A stretch of 64,000 bases of DNA from Cyanophora paradoxa CCMP329 (GCA_004431415.1 QPMI01000038.1:186001-250000), one strand, 5' to 3'. Positions 26,001 to 39,789 are shown, counted from the first letter of the stretch. Translations and numbers: made by a program. Notes: generated from the sequence alone by a model not told the origin.

Positions 26001-27201
26001 GCTGGGCGGCCGGCGCCGTTGCGCGGCGGGCGTCGGCCCCGCGGGGCGGCGGCGGCCGCCGAGCGAGCCCGAGTCCTAGCGACAGCGGCAGCGGGAGCCG
26101 AGCAGCAGCGGGCGGGCGCGGGCGGAGGCGGCCGGCGCGCCCCGCCGGCGCGGCGGCGACGGCGCCGGCCTCGCAGCGGACGCTCGCAGGCGGCGCGGCC
26201 GCCGCCTCGTCCTCCTCGGCGCAGCGGGGCCGCCCTCGGACGCGGCGGCGGACGCGGAGGTGGCGGCGGCCTCGCTCGCCGCCGCCGAGGCCCGCGGCCA
26301 GATCGACGTCATCCGCTCGGCCGTCAGGTGAGCCTCAAGCTCGAGCTCCCACCCCGCCTTCCTTGCCCCGTTCCATCCCTGACGCGCGCGCGCGCGCGCG
26401 CAGGCGGTGGATCCTCTCGTCGGAGGGCCCCCCGAGCGCCCCGCAGCGCCTCGTCCCTCGGGAGCGGCCGCCCGCGGCCCGCGCAGGCGCAGGCGGCGGC
26501 GGCGGCGCCTGCGGCGCCCGGCGGGCTGGACATGGCGGAGGTGGAGCGGCGCATCGCCCGCTACGACGCCGACACACGCCTCCGGGTGCGCTGTTCGGGC
26601 CCCCTCCTGCGTCGCCTTTCTGACCGGGGCCAGTAGGACGCGTACGCGCGCCACCCGCCCCGCGCCGCCGGCGCCCCCGCCCCAAGGCCCGCCCCCGCCG
26701 CCGCTCCCCGCCCCGCCGCCCCGCCCCCGCCGCCGCCCCCTCCTCTTCCGGCGCCTCCCCCGCCCAGCCTCCGCAGGCCGCCGGCGCCGCCCGCAGACCC
26801 CCGCCTCGCCCTCGGTGCCCAGCAGGCCGCCGCCGCCATGCTCTCCCCCGCGCCCTCGGCGCCCTCGGCGGCGGCGACGCCGGTGGGGCAGCCGCCGGCG
26901 CGCTCGACCTCGGCGCCCCCGGGCCCCGCGCCTTCCGCGCCGACGGGGCGGCGCCGAGCGCGGAGCGGCGACGCCGAGCCCCGCGCCGGCGCCGGCGTCG
27001 GCGCGGGCGATCCACATCTCGCCGCGGTGGCGCGCCCGCTCGCGCTCGCCGGCGCGCATCCCCGAGCTCTCCTTCTCGCGGCCGACGCCGCCGCGGGAGG
27101 AGGACGGGCCGGCGCCGCCCTGGTACGAGATCGAGCGCGACGGCTCCTCGCCCCCGCGCCTCCTCGACCGCAGCAACCCCTTCTCCGAGGGGCAGGACTA
27201 G
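23093..27201 (+). CDS. Multi-pass membrane protein (about 4 N-terminal TMs) with very long Pro/Arg-rich disordered tail
   Basis: Spliced hydrophobic exons FWLGWSAAITLAF|..FGLPSFFAIVYIISPAVAAFALHVLLEVFFF|..IGWVVVPLAWVLLGVG|..LVVFAILEAIFA|TITFGIVCRY, then low-complexity sequence to ..RSNPFSEGQD*. Start may be 23186. Confidence 0.6.
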
Positions 27202-27332
27202 CTGTAGCTGTAGACAGCAGAACGTTCGGCCCCGCCTCGAGCTTGCGTGCCGTGTACGGTTCGAGTCCGTGTGCGTCCTGTAATAAAGCAGCAGAGCCCG
27301 TCAATCTCGAGTTTGAGATTCGAATTCAGGGG

Positions 27333-28977
27333 CTACACGGGGTTGGAGCCGAGGAGGTCGGCGGGGACGGCGCCGGCGAGGGCGAGGCCGAGGAGGAGGA
27401 GGAGGGTGGAGCCGTTCCAGAGGGCGTGGGCGAGGGCGGAGGCGGCGAGGTTGCGGGACTTGGCGTAGACGAAGGCGAGGACGGCGCCGGCGGCGGTGAG
27501 GGGCAGCAGCTGGTCCGGCTCCCCGTGCGAGAGGGCGAAGAGGAGGCCGTCCAGGAAGATGGCCGGCCACACCGGCATGTACCGCGTCAGCGCCGTCAGC
27601 ACCAGGCCACGGAAGATCACCTGAGCGCCCGTTTAGAAGAAGCGGCCCCGCGCGGATTGGGGCCCGGGGCTGTCCGACCGCTCACCTCCTCGAAGACGGG
27701 GGCGGCGACTGAGGCGACGGCGAGGATTGCGGCGACGGTCACGGCGTCGGGGCCGGCGCCCCCGGCCCCCGCCGCCTGCAGCGCCAGCTCCGTGATCTGT
27801 ACCCCCCGGCTGGGACTCGTCCGGGGGGGGGGGAAAGGGGCGCGGGGGTACGTGCAGGGCACCTCCTGGGGCTGGACCTCCTGGCCGGCCTCGGCGAGGG
27901 CCTGGACGAGGGCGGCCCCGTTCACGAGGGGCAGCGCAAGGAGCAGCCCGCCTGCGCCCCGGGCCCCTCCCGTCAGGTCCGGGGGGTACGTGTGCCGGGG
28001 AAAAGGGGGGTACCGAAGCCCCACTTGAGCCAGGAGGTGCCCTGGAAGTCGAAGCGGAAGACGTCGGGGCGGGGCCCGTACGGCCCGGTGATCGCCGTCC
28101 GCAGCGCGAGGAGGCCGGCCCTGCGCGGCGCTGAGCGGCTGCAAGAGAGACGGGCGCGCACGCGGACGCGTGCGTACCCCATCTGGAGGGCGTACAGGAG
28201 GACGAGGACGAGGGACTCAAAGCGGCCGTCCAGCAGGCGGCTCGTGTCGATGGGCATACCCAGCGCCCCGTACTGGAGCATCTGCGGGGGGTATGGGCGC
28301 AGAAGGGGGCGGGGGGAGGAGGAGAGTGGTGGGACCTCGTCGAGCTGGGGACCCACGAGAATGGCGACCGCGGGCGACACGACGAGCACGGCGCCGGCGA
28401 GTGTGTAGACCAGAGACCAGCCGAACCACTTCGCGACGTCCTGCAGGACCCACGGCACGTCCCACCGCTCGCCGGGGTCCAGAAAGCTCCGGCTTCCGCC
28501 CTGCAGCTGCGGGAGCGGGTGCGCCTTCAGATCCGGCGCAGAATAAAGAGGGAGTAGATCACCGAGCGGCGTACATCGGAATCGGCCTGCCCCGGCGGCG
28601 CCGGCACGGGCGAATTCGGAGAAGGTTCATTCTGGTTGCATACGAAACGTCAGGTATTCGCCTTCAGCACACGGCCCGACGTCCTCTTAGCCAACGACAA
28701 AGAAGCGCAAGCTTAAAGCTTCTCCCGGCCGCGGAGCAGCGCCTCGAACCTGTTCGGGTTCGGCGGATGCGACGGGTGTGCACAGAAACCGCCTGCAAGC
28801 GCCGCCGTGCTCGAACGAACGCCTTTGCGCGCGGCCGAGGTGGGCGGTCAGGAAGCGCAGTGATTGCCTGGGTGCGCTCGCCGGCCGGAGGATGCAGGAT
28901 GCGCTGGATTGAGCGCCTAGTCTCCCGCATACCGGAGGCAGGGTAGGGACCGCCGGGCTGGCGAAGCAGAGCGTCAT
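27333..28977 (-). CDS. CPBP (CAAX/Abi) intramembrane metalloprotease, probably plastid-targeted
   Basis: APVFEE|VIFRG, FALSH and AHALWN motifs; WDVPW upstream motif; Ser/Arg-rich N-terminus MTLCFASPAVP.. resembling a transit peptide. Confidence 0.92.
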
Positions 28978-29150
28978 CGAACTTGAGGTTGTACCCAGGT
29001 AGCGGGAGTTTCGTGCTTGCTAGGGCTCCAGCCGCTCCAGCCGCCACAGATCGAGTGCCAGGTGCGCTTCTGCACCTTCGAGCGATCCCGCCCTCGTTGA
29101 CAGCTGATCAGGTCTCCTGACTCGGGTCTCAGCGGTTCTCGGCGGCAAAG

Positions 29151-31696
29151 ATGGTCTCCAGCATGGCGCTCGGCAAGCGTAGACGCAATCGGGGCACGGA
29201 CAACGACGATTCCTCGGTGCGTGCTCCTTTTGCCGAGGCGGGAAACTCGCTCGGCCACGTGAAGGGTTGGCGGCTCTCGCGGGCGTCCAGCTGCGGCGTA
29301 AAACCGGGATAAAAGAGGGCTGCGCATTCTCTAGCGGATACGTTGGCGTCTCACGTGCGCTGGTTGGGTAGTCGCGCCGTTCCGTGTTTCGCACAACAAG
29401 CGAGTGTTCTCCAAACAGCGGGGGCCACAACCGCTGGGGTTCACGCTCTGACCTGTTCGTTTTGCTTCGTAGGTTGAAGACGGATCGGATAGCGGCACGC
29501 CTGATGGCCGCCCGAGCTACGAGCGCCTCTCCCCGAAGCGCGTGGCCGGGGCTTCGCTGTCAATCGGCAGCGGGAATTCCGCCTTTGTTCCGATCGAAGG
29601 GCCTCTTCAGGTGTACAGCTCGAGCTCGGCACAGCGTCCGCTCAGCGTCCCGGCTCCTGGTTCCTCTTCTTCGGAGCTGTCGCACTTCCAGACTCTTCCC
29701 CGCGACTTGGTCGAGAAGATCTTGATCAACCTCGGCGACATAGCTTCTCTTTGCAAGTGTGCGAAGATCTGCCGGTCTTGGCGCGCGGCCGTTCGCAGCA
29801 CCGCTTCGATTTGGCAGAGCATCAACCTCACTCCTTACTCCGAGAAGCTCTCCGACACGAACCTGAAGAAGCTCTTCGATTTCTTGAAGGAGCTGAAGGG
29901 CACGGGCATCGCGACCTTCTCCGTGGCGAACTGCAAGACGATCACGCACGCCGGCCTCCGCCCGCTCGCTCAGTTCAACAAGTCGCTCACGTCGCTCAAC
30001 CTGGCGATGAACACCGTGTCCGAAGACACCATGAACCTCGTCGGCCAGCTCTCCAACCTCAACTCGATCAACCTGGCCAACTGTGGCGCGGTCCGCCCTC
30101 AGCCGACGCTCCCCACCCCCTCGACCCCGCGCGGCGCTGACCCCGCGCGCGACCGGCAGCTCTCCTCCACGCACCTCCGGCCGCTCGCGCTGCTGTCCTC
30201 GACGCTGACGAACCTGACCCTGTCCGGAACGCACATCACGGACGGCTCCCTCATGCTGCTGCGCCAGGTGCCGGGCCCTCCCTCCCCCTCCCTCGCGCGC
30301 CGCATCCGGCAGCGGTCGGCCTGATCATGACCCGCGCGCCCGGCAGCTCACGAACCTGACCCAGCTCAACATCGCCGACTGCCCCTACCTAAAGGTCCCC
30401 CGCCCCGCCCCGCCCCGCCCCGCCCCGCGCTGCGGCCGACGCGGCGGGTCGCGCGCAGGACGCGGCTTTCTTCCACGAGCTGACGACGCTGACGAACCTG
30501 CGGGAGCTGACGGTCGGCTCGGACTACGTCAACGCAGACTACCTCGCGCCCGTCGTCAAGAAGTGCACCAAGCTCACCGGTGCGCCCCGCGCCGGCGGGC
30601 CGCGCCGCGCCGCGAGGAAGGCGCCGACGCCGCCGCCGCGCGCCGCGCAGTGCTGCAGATCACGAACACGGCGGCCGAGCCGGGCGCCCTGCTCTCCACC
30701 CTCACGCACCTGACCTCCCTCCAGGCCCGCCCCGCCCCCGCCCCCGCCCCAGATTCAGCGGCGGGCGCGCTGACGCCGGCGCCGCGCGCAGTACCTGCAC
30801 GTGGCGTACGGGAAGGACACGGTGAACGACGGGGGGCCTATCCAGGCGATCCGGCACCTGACGGCGCTGCGGGGCCTCTGCCTGAAGAACAAGCACTCGC
30901 GGATCCTGCAGCACCTCGACTTCGTGTCGACGCTCTCGAGCCTGCAGGGCCTCGCCCTCAAGGGCTACTTCTTCGGCTCCCTGCCGGCCAACATGGACAG
31001 CCTCGGCATCCTCTCCAGCATCACCCGCCTCGAGATCGAGCTCGTCTCCGGCATCTCCGTCCCCAACCTCGTGCGCGCCCGCGCGTGTACCCCGCCCCGC
31101 GTACCCCGCCGCTCGCTCTCCTGACGGCCCCGGGGCCAGCTGCGGGGCCTGGACAACCTGGACTACCTGCGGCTGGACTGCCGCTCGGTGCAGCTCGGGG
31201 CCGACTTCCCGATCCTCCCCAAGCTGCGCACCTTCCAGCTCTGGCTCTCCCGCCTCCCCAGCAACCTCAACGACCTCGCCACCGCCCTCGCCAAGTTCCC
31301 CATGCTCAAGAAGCTCAAGGCGCGCCCTCCCCCCGCGCCCCTCCGGCCCCTCCGGCCCCTTGCTAGCGCCACGGCTGACGCCGGGGGGGCAGGTGCGGGT
31401 GTGGAAGATCGCTGGCTTCTGCGTGCGGGGCCTGTGCACGCTCTCGGGGCTGGACGCCTTCGAGCTGCGGCTGCACGACGGCTCGACGAGCGGGGACGAC
31501 CTGAGTGCGCTCTGGTGCGGCCTCACGCAGGCCAAGATCCAGGTCTTCAAGGAGGACACCCTCGCCAACGAGTGGGCCTCCTCCGGCCGCTCCCACATCC
31601 AGGCCCGCCCCGCCCCGCCAGCCCGCCCCGACCGCCCGCCCGCCCGCCTGACGTGCTCGCGGCCCCGTGCAGGACGACGTGGAGATCGTGGGCTGA
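29151..31696 (+). CDS. F-box/LRR protein
   Basis: F-box LPRDLVEKILINL..LCKCAKICRSWR..W followed by LRRs (LTSLNLAMN, LNSINLANC, LTNLTLSGTHITD, LTQLNIADC). Likely first exon MVSSMALGKRRR (NLS-like); ends DDVEIVG*. Confidence 0.9.
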
Positions 31697-33830
31697 GCCG
31701 GTCCCTTGGCGTGGCGCGCTCCCTTCCTTCCCCTAGGGCAAGTCCCCGCGAGACCCGCCACTGGGCCGCCAGCCAGTCTCGAGGGGCAATGCATAGATGG
31801 ATCGCGAGACGTGCCGGCATTTGCCGCTTCCCGTCAGTGCAGTGTGGCACGAAACGAAACCTGAACCAGTACTTGAGGGGCGAGCTTGGATTCAACTTGA
31901 CTAGCTGCCGGGCCGGGCCATGATCATGAAGCTCAACGGGTTTCATTCTGTAGCCTAGTAGCTATGGTGTTTAACGAATTAGCTTCATGGGGCACGATCA
32001 GGGTGCCACGGAGTTCGCGATTGAAAAGTTGCCAAGTTGGTCATCGAATGCATGACAGGTCCTACTACTAGGCTACGTACGCGTACCGTAATACGCGTAT
32101 ACCGTAGTACGTCACGTATACGAACGTTAACAGTTTGGAACGGGCCCCGGCCCCGGCCGTAGTGATTGATATCCGTGGTCGGACGTCGAAAACCCTTCCC
32201 GGCCCCTCCCGCCCTCCCTCCCCTCCCCGAGTCCCCATGGCCAGCCGCAGCTGCAGCAAACTTTAGGCGCAAATTGGCAGAAGCAGAAGGAAACTTGGAA
32301 TTTCGACTCGGCGAAGGGCGAATTAATATTCAGCGTGCTACTCACTGAGTCACTGGTTTACGCCTATAGCTAGCCTAGGCCTAAGCCCCGCTTTCGGAGG
32401 GCCTTGTGTCGTCCCTGCCGGCCGCGGTTGCAGTCTGACGGAGCCCGTGGGCAGGGCCGCCGCACCGGTACCTTCGGGACGGCCCGGGACGCGGCTGGGG
32501 TGCAGATCGAGAGGCGGAGGAGCACCGCCCGAGCCGCTCGAGCAGGCGAGGTGGGGTCGGCGGGGGCGGCGGCGCCCGGCAGAGACGGGAGGGCGGCCCC
32601 GGCGGCGGCGGGCCGGCGGGGCTGGTGAGGGGCCCCTGTAGCTTCAAAGCCGCAGATCTCGAGCGGCTCGTGCACGCGCATAGTGGCTTGTTCACCTGCG
32701 GAGCAGCTCGCGTAAACAAAGGTGCGCGGGGCTGTTGCAGAGGCGGAGGCTCGGACAGCCGAGTCATGCTGGTCACTGCCAGGCTGGCCTCGTGTTCGGC
32801 TGGTCCCAGCCGGGAGTCGAGACTCGAGAACAGGCGAGGACGGGCGCGGCTCGGCCTAAAAGCGCGTGAGTTCAAAGCCTGCGAAGGACGTGAGCGAGAA
32901 CTAACGCTGCGAGGCCAATCCAACGAGCCGGAGCGTACGCGGAGCGTTCGACGTTCTGCCGGAGAGGCGGGTCCTGCGGTACACTTCGAGTTCGATCCGA
33001 GCTCGATTGCGCGCGCGGCAGACCGCACCCGCTGCTAAAACGCGAGGACGAACCGCGGGCCGAGCAGGCCGAGGCCGCGCCGAGTCCTCAGCATGCTGCA
33101 CCCTCGAGCCTGAGCTTGGGGGCCGGGCACAGAAACACGAGCACGCATCGATGCGTCGGCACAAGGCAGCCAAGAGCAGAGCCATCACCGCGCGAAGTCA
33201 CGGCGCTGTTCGACTTTGAGGTTGATGAGCGCTACCTCGAAAGGTCGCGGTATACGTACCTTAGTACCGGTCAACCGCACGGTCGCGGCCAACGGGGGGT
33301 TGCAGGCCCAGCTAAAGCACCGGGACGCGACATATGTGCGACGCGGAGACCGCACAGTCGCCTGCGCACGCTTAGCGCTGAGCGCGCACGCAGGGGCGTC
33401 CGCCGGGCTACGGGGCAGGGCAGCTGCGCCATCTCGACCCGTCGCCGCCACCGGCGGATCGTAAACTTGTGAGCGCGTCGCGAAGGCCGTCGGCGGGCGA
33501 CCGTGGGCTGCGTAGCTAGCTGCTCGATGAGCACGTGCGAGTACCCTGCTGCCACACCGTTGCAGACACTCGAGCTCTAAGTTTAGGCGTTGCAACTGGC
33601 CGTCTTAGCCTCCAATTTTAGACTCGGGACCCAGTTAGTAGGGCCGTTAGAGCCACGTCCCATACAATCACAAATCCGAAGAGACCTCATCTTCCGCCGT
33701 TGGTGAGCCCGCGCAGCCGAAGCCTCTCCGCCCTCAGATCACCTCTACAGCATCGTAGTAGTGCTAAACAGCGGCTGATCGGCGCCCGCCGCAGTTTTCC
33801 CGAGAACCTTCCAAACTTCCTCACAGCAAA

Positions 33831-34533
33831 ATGGCGAAGGACTGGAGCTCTGGTGCGTGCAGCCTTCTTCTGCATTGTACAGCTGATCTGTGCTGATTTT
33901 CCTCGGCGTTCGCCAGGCATCTGCTCGTGCCTCGATGACTACGACAGGTTCGAAACCACCTCCGAACATCCGAGGCCTTTGGCCGCTGACCTGGATCTGC
34001 TTTCCGCAGCTGCTGCCTTGCCTTCACCAACCCATACACCATGCAGTCCGTCACCAAGAGCTGGGTCGACGGGTGAGATCTTCTCAGAATACCTCCACGG
34101 CCTGCCGTTGGCTAAATAAAGTGAGCCGCAGCTCGAGCCCTTGGGAGAACGCTGCGGCCTGCATGTGCTGCACCAGCCTGCTCTGCGGTCTCAATTGCAT
34201 TGTCCCCACGCTTTGGCGCCAGGAGATCCGGCAGTTCGCCGGGTCAGTCCTCCTTCCCTCGTCGCCTATCTTTCGCTTTCCTCTCTTCTAGTCTTGCTTA
34301 ATCTCTTTTCTCTGCGCAGCCTGCCCACGGAGGGCACCATGGTCATGGACTGCTTGTACCACTGGTGCATTCCGTGCTGTGCGGCGGCGCAGGAGGCGCG
34401 CGAGGTGAAGATGAAGCTCAACAAGAAGATGAACCTGTCCGTTCCTAAGGTTCGCTTCGCTTTTCCGAACTGTAACTGTCAACTTTCTTGTGCTGACCTC
34501 GGTCACGCGCAGCCCCTGCAGTTCGGCAAGTAA
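33831..34533 (+). CDS. PLAC8-family cysteine-rich protein (6 exons)
   Basis: Spliced: MAKDWSSGICSCLDDYDSCCLAFTNPY..CMCCTSLLCGLNCIVPTLWRQEIR..DCLYHWCIPCCAAAQEAREVK. WxxG-xCxCxDD and DC..CxxCAxxQExRE signatures. Confidence 0.93.
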
Positions 34534-35457
34534 ACGTCGAAAACTAGTGTCGGCAGGACATAGGAACTTCTTTACATTAGGCCTAGTATAGGTTGTATCA
34601 TACATGCGTGCTGTTGTCTTTCCTTGTCCATCTTCTTCCAATCGAGAAACATTGGAAATTTCAACTAGCCGTTGGCAACCTTGCCAGGTAATGGGTGGGC
34701 GGGTGTAAGCATGCCAGGGCCGCCTTAAAGTCTCTAGCAGCTGGAAACTGGCTCGCTGTGCGTTGTAGCCGTTGGTGCTACAGTGACTGTCCGGCCCTGG
34801 GGCCTGGGAGCTTTGTGCTGGATGATCTACCAGTAGGCCTTGCTTGGACGCGACTCGCGGCGAGAGCGCAAGCTTAAACTTAAGCTTAGCAACGGTAGCA
34901 CTGCGCATACAGCATGAAGGCTTGAAGAAGGGCCCCTTTTTGTGAATGGGAAATCCTTTCTGTGAGCAGCTCAGCGGCTGTAGGATCAGATGCATCGGTT
35001 CGTCCAACGGTCCTGGCCAGCGCAGTGCACGTGGCCCCGCCCGGCGGAGGCCTCGGTCATCTCCCCTCGTTAACGTTTACTAAGGGGGCCAATTGCAATT
35101 ACAAGTTGGTCTTGCATCTCGTTCTTCAACTTTTCAAATCGCGTCGGAAAAAATGTACACCAGGGCTGTTCAATAAGGTAACGAATGACTAATAGCCTGG
35201 CGTCGACGTAGAGGTACGCTTCACAAAAACATCTCATCTACAGAGCCTCAAACTAAGCCTGAAAGTACCCACCTCGCACTGGAAATGCACTGGAACGGAG
35301 ATCGCCTGGGAACGCATGGGTCGACCTCGCGAGGCGCCTGTCACAGAAATCACAGGAAAGATAGATAGAAAAAACCCTGCCCTAGAAAACTGAAACTGAT
35401 AGCGAGCTGCCGATCGGTGGAGGAGAGGAGGAGGAGGAGTCCGGGGGGAAAGAGCGC

Positions 35458-38400
35458 TCAGCCGAGGCGCATGAACTTGTTGGGGAGGGCCGAGGCGGAG
35501 CCGGTGGCGGCGCAGGCGGGGCAGGGCCCGGTGGCGAGGACGCTGGCGAGGGCGCCGACAGCGGGGCGGCCGGCGCTCGAGTCGGCGCGGGGGCGGACGA
35601 CGAGGCCCGAGCCGCCGCACTGGCGGCAGGCGCAGCTCTCGGCGTCGCCCTCGGCGGGGGCCATGCCGAGGGCGGCGAGGTCGCCCTCCTTGAGGGGCCG
35701 CAGGCTCGAGATGGCGGCGGCCGAGGCCTGGATGACGTGGCCGTGGCGGCCGCGCGGCGGGGCCACCGCGTCGGCGCGGAAGGCCGTCTCCAGCAGCGCC
35801 ACCACCGCCTCCCGGTCCCGCGGCGCCGCCTTGAGCTCCGTCACGCCGCCGCTGCCCGCCGCCGCCGGCGCCGCAGCTGCCGGGGCCGCCGGGGCGAGGG
35901 CCGGGGCGGCGGGCGCGGGGGAGAAGCGGGCGAGGAAGCGCTGGAGGCGGCCGGGGCCGGCGGCCTCCATCCGGTCGTGGTGGGGCCGGCGGAAGAGCGG
36001 GCGGACCTCCTTCTCGAGGACGTGCACGGCCGACATCCAGGCGCCCACGGTCGCGAAGAAGAGCACGGAGACGACGGGGGCGGCGGCCGGGAGCGAGCCG
36101 AAGCCGAAGAGGCAGAGCTGCTGGATGAAGGAGCCGCCCGACTTGCCCAGGAGGTGCCCCATGACGTCCACGGCCGCCTTGCCCTTCTGCTTGGCCTCGC
36201 GGTCGAGCGGGATGTAGACCATCTCCTTGGTCGGGTCGAAGAGGGCGTACTTGGTCGACTTGGAGAGGGCGTTGACGACGGAGCCGATCCAGCAGGTGAA
36301 GAGGAGCGGGGACATGCCGAGGGCGGCGCCGGGGCCGGCGATGGCGCCCGGGAAGAGGACGGCGGCGAGGAAGGCGACGGAGGTGAGGCCGATGACGACG
36401 GGGGTGGACATGGCGGAGAGGCCCCAGCCGCAGCGCGGGAGCATGTACTTGGAGAGCACCATCGTCACGAAGGTCGCGAAGCCCGTGATCATGGAGACGT
36501 GCCCCATGAAGAAGCTGTACTCGCTCGGGTTCGGGAAGGCCATCTTGACCTCCGCCTTCCACATGATCTGCGGGAGAAAGAGAGGCGGGTGAGAAAGGGC
36601 CGGATCAAATGTTCTCGGCTTCGAATTCAAGTGCGGACCTCGACGAGGTTGATGGAGATTCCGTAGCAGACGACGAGGATGGCGAGGTTGCGGAGGAAGA
36701 CGGACTGGCTGATGCTCTGCCACGACTCGTTGAGGGACATCCGCTTCTTCTTCTTGAGCTTGGCGGGGCCCTCGGCGGCCGCCTGCGCCGCCTCCGCCTC
36801 GCGCGCCTCCGCCTTGCGCGCCTCGTGCTCGTGGTGGCTCGCGTGGTGCTTGATCACCGTGTTGTGGATGAGCCAGTAGAGGCCGCAGATCGCCACGCCG
36901 GCGACGCACACCGAACCCATCAGGTACTTCAGCGAGACGCCCCACTTGTCGATGCCGGCCGGCAGCACGTCCCGCAGCTTCGAGAAGTACTTAACGAAGA
37001 GCCCCGCCATGAAGAGCGCCGGCGTGTTGCCCGCGATGCCTGCCCTGAGGGTGAGAAAAGGAAGAGGAGAGAGAGAGAGAAGAAGGGAGGAGGGAAGGGC
37101 GGACCGAGGACGGGGTAGAGGCGGGTCGCCTCCTCGACGCTGCAGATGTCGTTCGCGAAGGACCAGAAGCCCATCGAGAGGATGACGGAGCCCCACATCT
37201 CCGCCAGGACGTAGAAGAGCGAGAAGGTCCAGTTCTCGAAGATGGCGATCGGCCCGCGGAAGCCGGCCGGCAGCGTCGCCCGGAGGTACTCCGCCGCGGC
37301 GTGCGGGTGCAGGATGTGCTGCGCGCGCCGGGCGGGTCGGCGGGGCGCGTGAAGGCGGTGGGGTGCGGGGCGGGGCGGGGCGGGGCGGACCCGCATCGGG
37401 TACAGGACGGTGGCGAAGAGGCCGAAGAAGGCGACGAACGGGGCGACGGAGGCGTAGAAGAGGTGCTCGCGCGAGAGGACCTCGGCAGCGCGCGTGTACG
37501 CCATCATCACCAGGATGGCCGCCGGCACCACGATCCACGTCTTCAGGAAGGGGATCGCCTCGGCGCCCGAGCCCGGCGCCGTGATGACGAGCACATCCTG
37601 CGCTCGCAATGCGTCGGCGGCGAATCGGGGCGGGGACGGGCGGCTGCGGCGGCGGACCTTCGTGTCCCGCAGGACGCAGTACCCGAAGAGGATGAGGAAG
37701 AACATGAAGAGCATCGGGACGGACTTCTTGAGGCAGTACTTCTCGTCCACCTTCTCGTACTTCGCCTTGAGCCACGCCACGATGCCCTTGGGGGCCGGCG
37801 CGGCAGCCTCGCCCTCCTCCGCCGGCTGGCCGCTCGCGCTGGGGGCGGCGCCGCGGCCCGCAAAGCGCTTCTGGAGGGCCCGCGCAACCACGAAGAAGAT
37901 CGTGAGCGCTCCGAAGGGCAGCGCGCGGCCTGCCCCGGAGAGCGCTGGCATGATCGCTGCTGCGGCAGACTGGAGAGCCGGGTTTGAGCTGGCCTGGGTG
38001 ATCGGGCTGCTCTGTATTCTCGATGTGGAACTGCTGGACTGGTTGGCGATAGCCCGGAAGCCGCCGCGCCGCCGCCGGAGCGAGGGCTTGAACCCGTCAA
38101 AGTCTGGAATGGCGGGGACGCTCCCGTCGGCGCCATCACGCCTCAAAGACTTCAGAAATGACCTGCCCTCGTTGCCGAGACCACAAGCGCGCCACGCGCG
38201 GCGGAAAGCGAACTCTGGAGGCACGTGAAGATGGGCGCCCGGTCAGACCGGATATTTAGCTGGCGGGGTGCGGATCATCGGGACACGCACCAGATCGCGT
38301 CGCATTCTCCACTTGCCGCTGAAGACGCCGCCGCACGCAGCGCGGAAAGCTCGGGTTGGGCATCCGATCAAGGTGGACCCCAGAAGGACCGGCCGCGGAG

Positions 38401-38483
38401 GCCGCGGGATCGGCGCGCAATACGCTGGCATTCTCCAATGCAGGAAGACGACCAAGACTCGCCAGCGAGCTGGCGAACGCCAT
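35458..38483 (-). CDS. NTT: Plastid ATP/ADP translocase (NTT/TLC family) with C-terminal Cys-rich extension
   Basis: FFLILFGYCVLRDTKDVLVITAPGSGAEAIPFLKTW, FYVLAEMWGS..FWSFANDI, YGISINLVEIMWK, LSKSTKYALFDPTKEMVYIPLD..KGKAAVDV..GKSGG. N-terminus MAFASSLASL is transit-peptide-like. Confidence 0.96.
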
Positions 38484-39789
38484 CGGCGAGAACTGATGAA
38501 GAGGGCAACTGCGACCCTTGATTGACTGCGGGGCCCTTGTGGGAGCTGTTCTGGAGAGCGCGGGTGACGAAGTGGATAGCTAGCGTCCTCGCCGGCCGCG
38601 AACAGGACGGTGAGCGTCCGCCGGTCGAGCTTGCTGAAAATCCACGGGGGTACCGCAGCTCGATCGGCCCAACCCTCGGCCGCGGCTCGGCGGCCCTTCC
38701 CGGCTTCGTCCGCGCCAGATGTGCCTAGTGCGTTGTATTCTATCCAGCTGCGTATTCTAGCTAGCGCGCTTTGACCACGTGCTTGCTTAGCGGCGCGGTC
38801 TGCTTGCGCGCTCGGCCGAGCCTGTAGGGCATTCGGCATAGCTTAAGCGAGCGCAACCGCTTCCCCGGCAGCCGCTGGATCCGCTCAATCTCTTGGTGGA
38901 CCGTCGGTCTTCGCAGCGCAGTGAGCACGAAGCCGCGCGGCTCGATCCGCTGCATATGCGTTCTTTCATTGACTGGTATGATTAGTGACCCGCATGGCCT
39001 AGGGGTCGCTTGGGGAGTTCGAGCCGGCGCGCTCCGGCAGTTCGCGGCGGCGCGCTCCGGCAGTTCGTTCCTCCTGCCGCCTGCCGCGCCTCGTCCTTCG
39101 CGCGCGGTTTCGAGCTTGCCTTTTTTGCGCAATATACGACTCGATGGGAGCGTTTTATCGCAGGTTGCGCCGTGATCGGAGGGCGACAGTCGCGTCTTAA
39201 GGTTCTGGTTGGCGAGTCCCTTCGAGCCTCCGACACTCAGCTTGTTCTGCATAAACGTATACCCTCGAAGGGTGCGCATGCCCTCCCTGTGGTGCCGCAG
39301 GGGTTTTGACGGCTCCCCCGGCAGTTTATCGGGTGTACCCCTCCACAGCGGGCCGGCCGCTCGAAGTGGACTTGTCCGTCGGACTCGCCTTGCCGACGTC
39401 ACGCCCGCTCCAAGGATGACCGTCACGCCCTGGGTCCGGTGCGCAAGTTGCCTGTACCCCCCTCCCGGGGCCACGCGATATGGGGGTCGTTGGAAAGCCG
39501 GCGACGCGGTCCGCGCGAGTCAGACGCCCGCCCGCTCGGGATCGGGGTCAGTTTGCCCGTTTTGGGTGAGGAGCTATGTCCTCCGCTGACTGCGCTCCGC
39601 TGCCTGCTTTCAGGCCTTGAAGCTCGTGAGGTGAGACAGCTGCCACGCGCCTTGGCCGTCGCCGGCGGCTAGCGCCTGCGGGCGCCGTGAAGCCCTGCCA
39701 CCGCCCTTCTCCCTCCCGTCTCATCTTCTCGTCTAATGCCCGACCGACAGCAGTACCCCCGTTGAGCCGCTGCTCCCGGATCGTTCGGG

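Noticed and set aside
27258-27270. GGTTCGAGTCC B-box suggesting a tRNA (similar word at 8662-8674)
   Set aside because: No cloverleaf or acceptor stem around either site.
32381-33188. Minus-strand gene divergent from PLAC8
   Set aside because: Splice-like signals are present but I could not build a convincing protein; kept only as a prediction in the strand-alternation finding.
38761-39672. ORFs upstream of NTT
   Set aside because: No recognisable domain or consistent frame.
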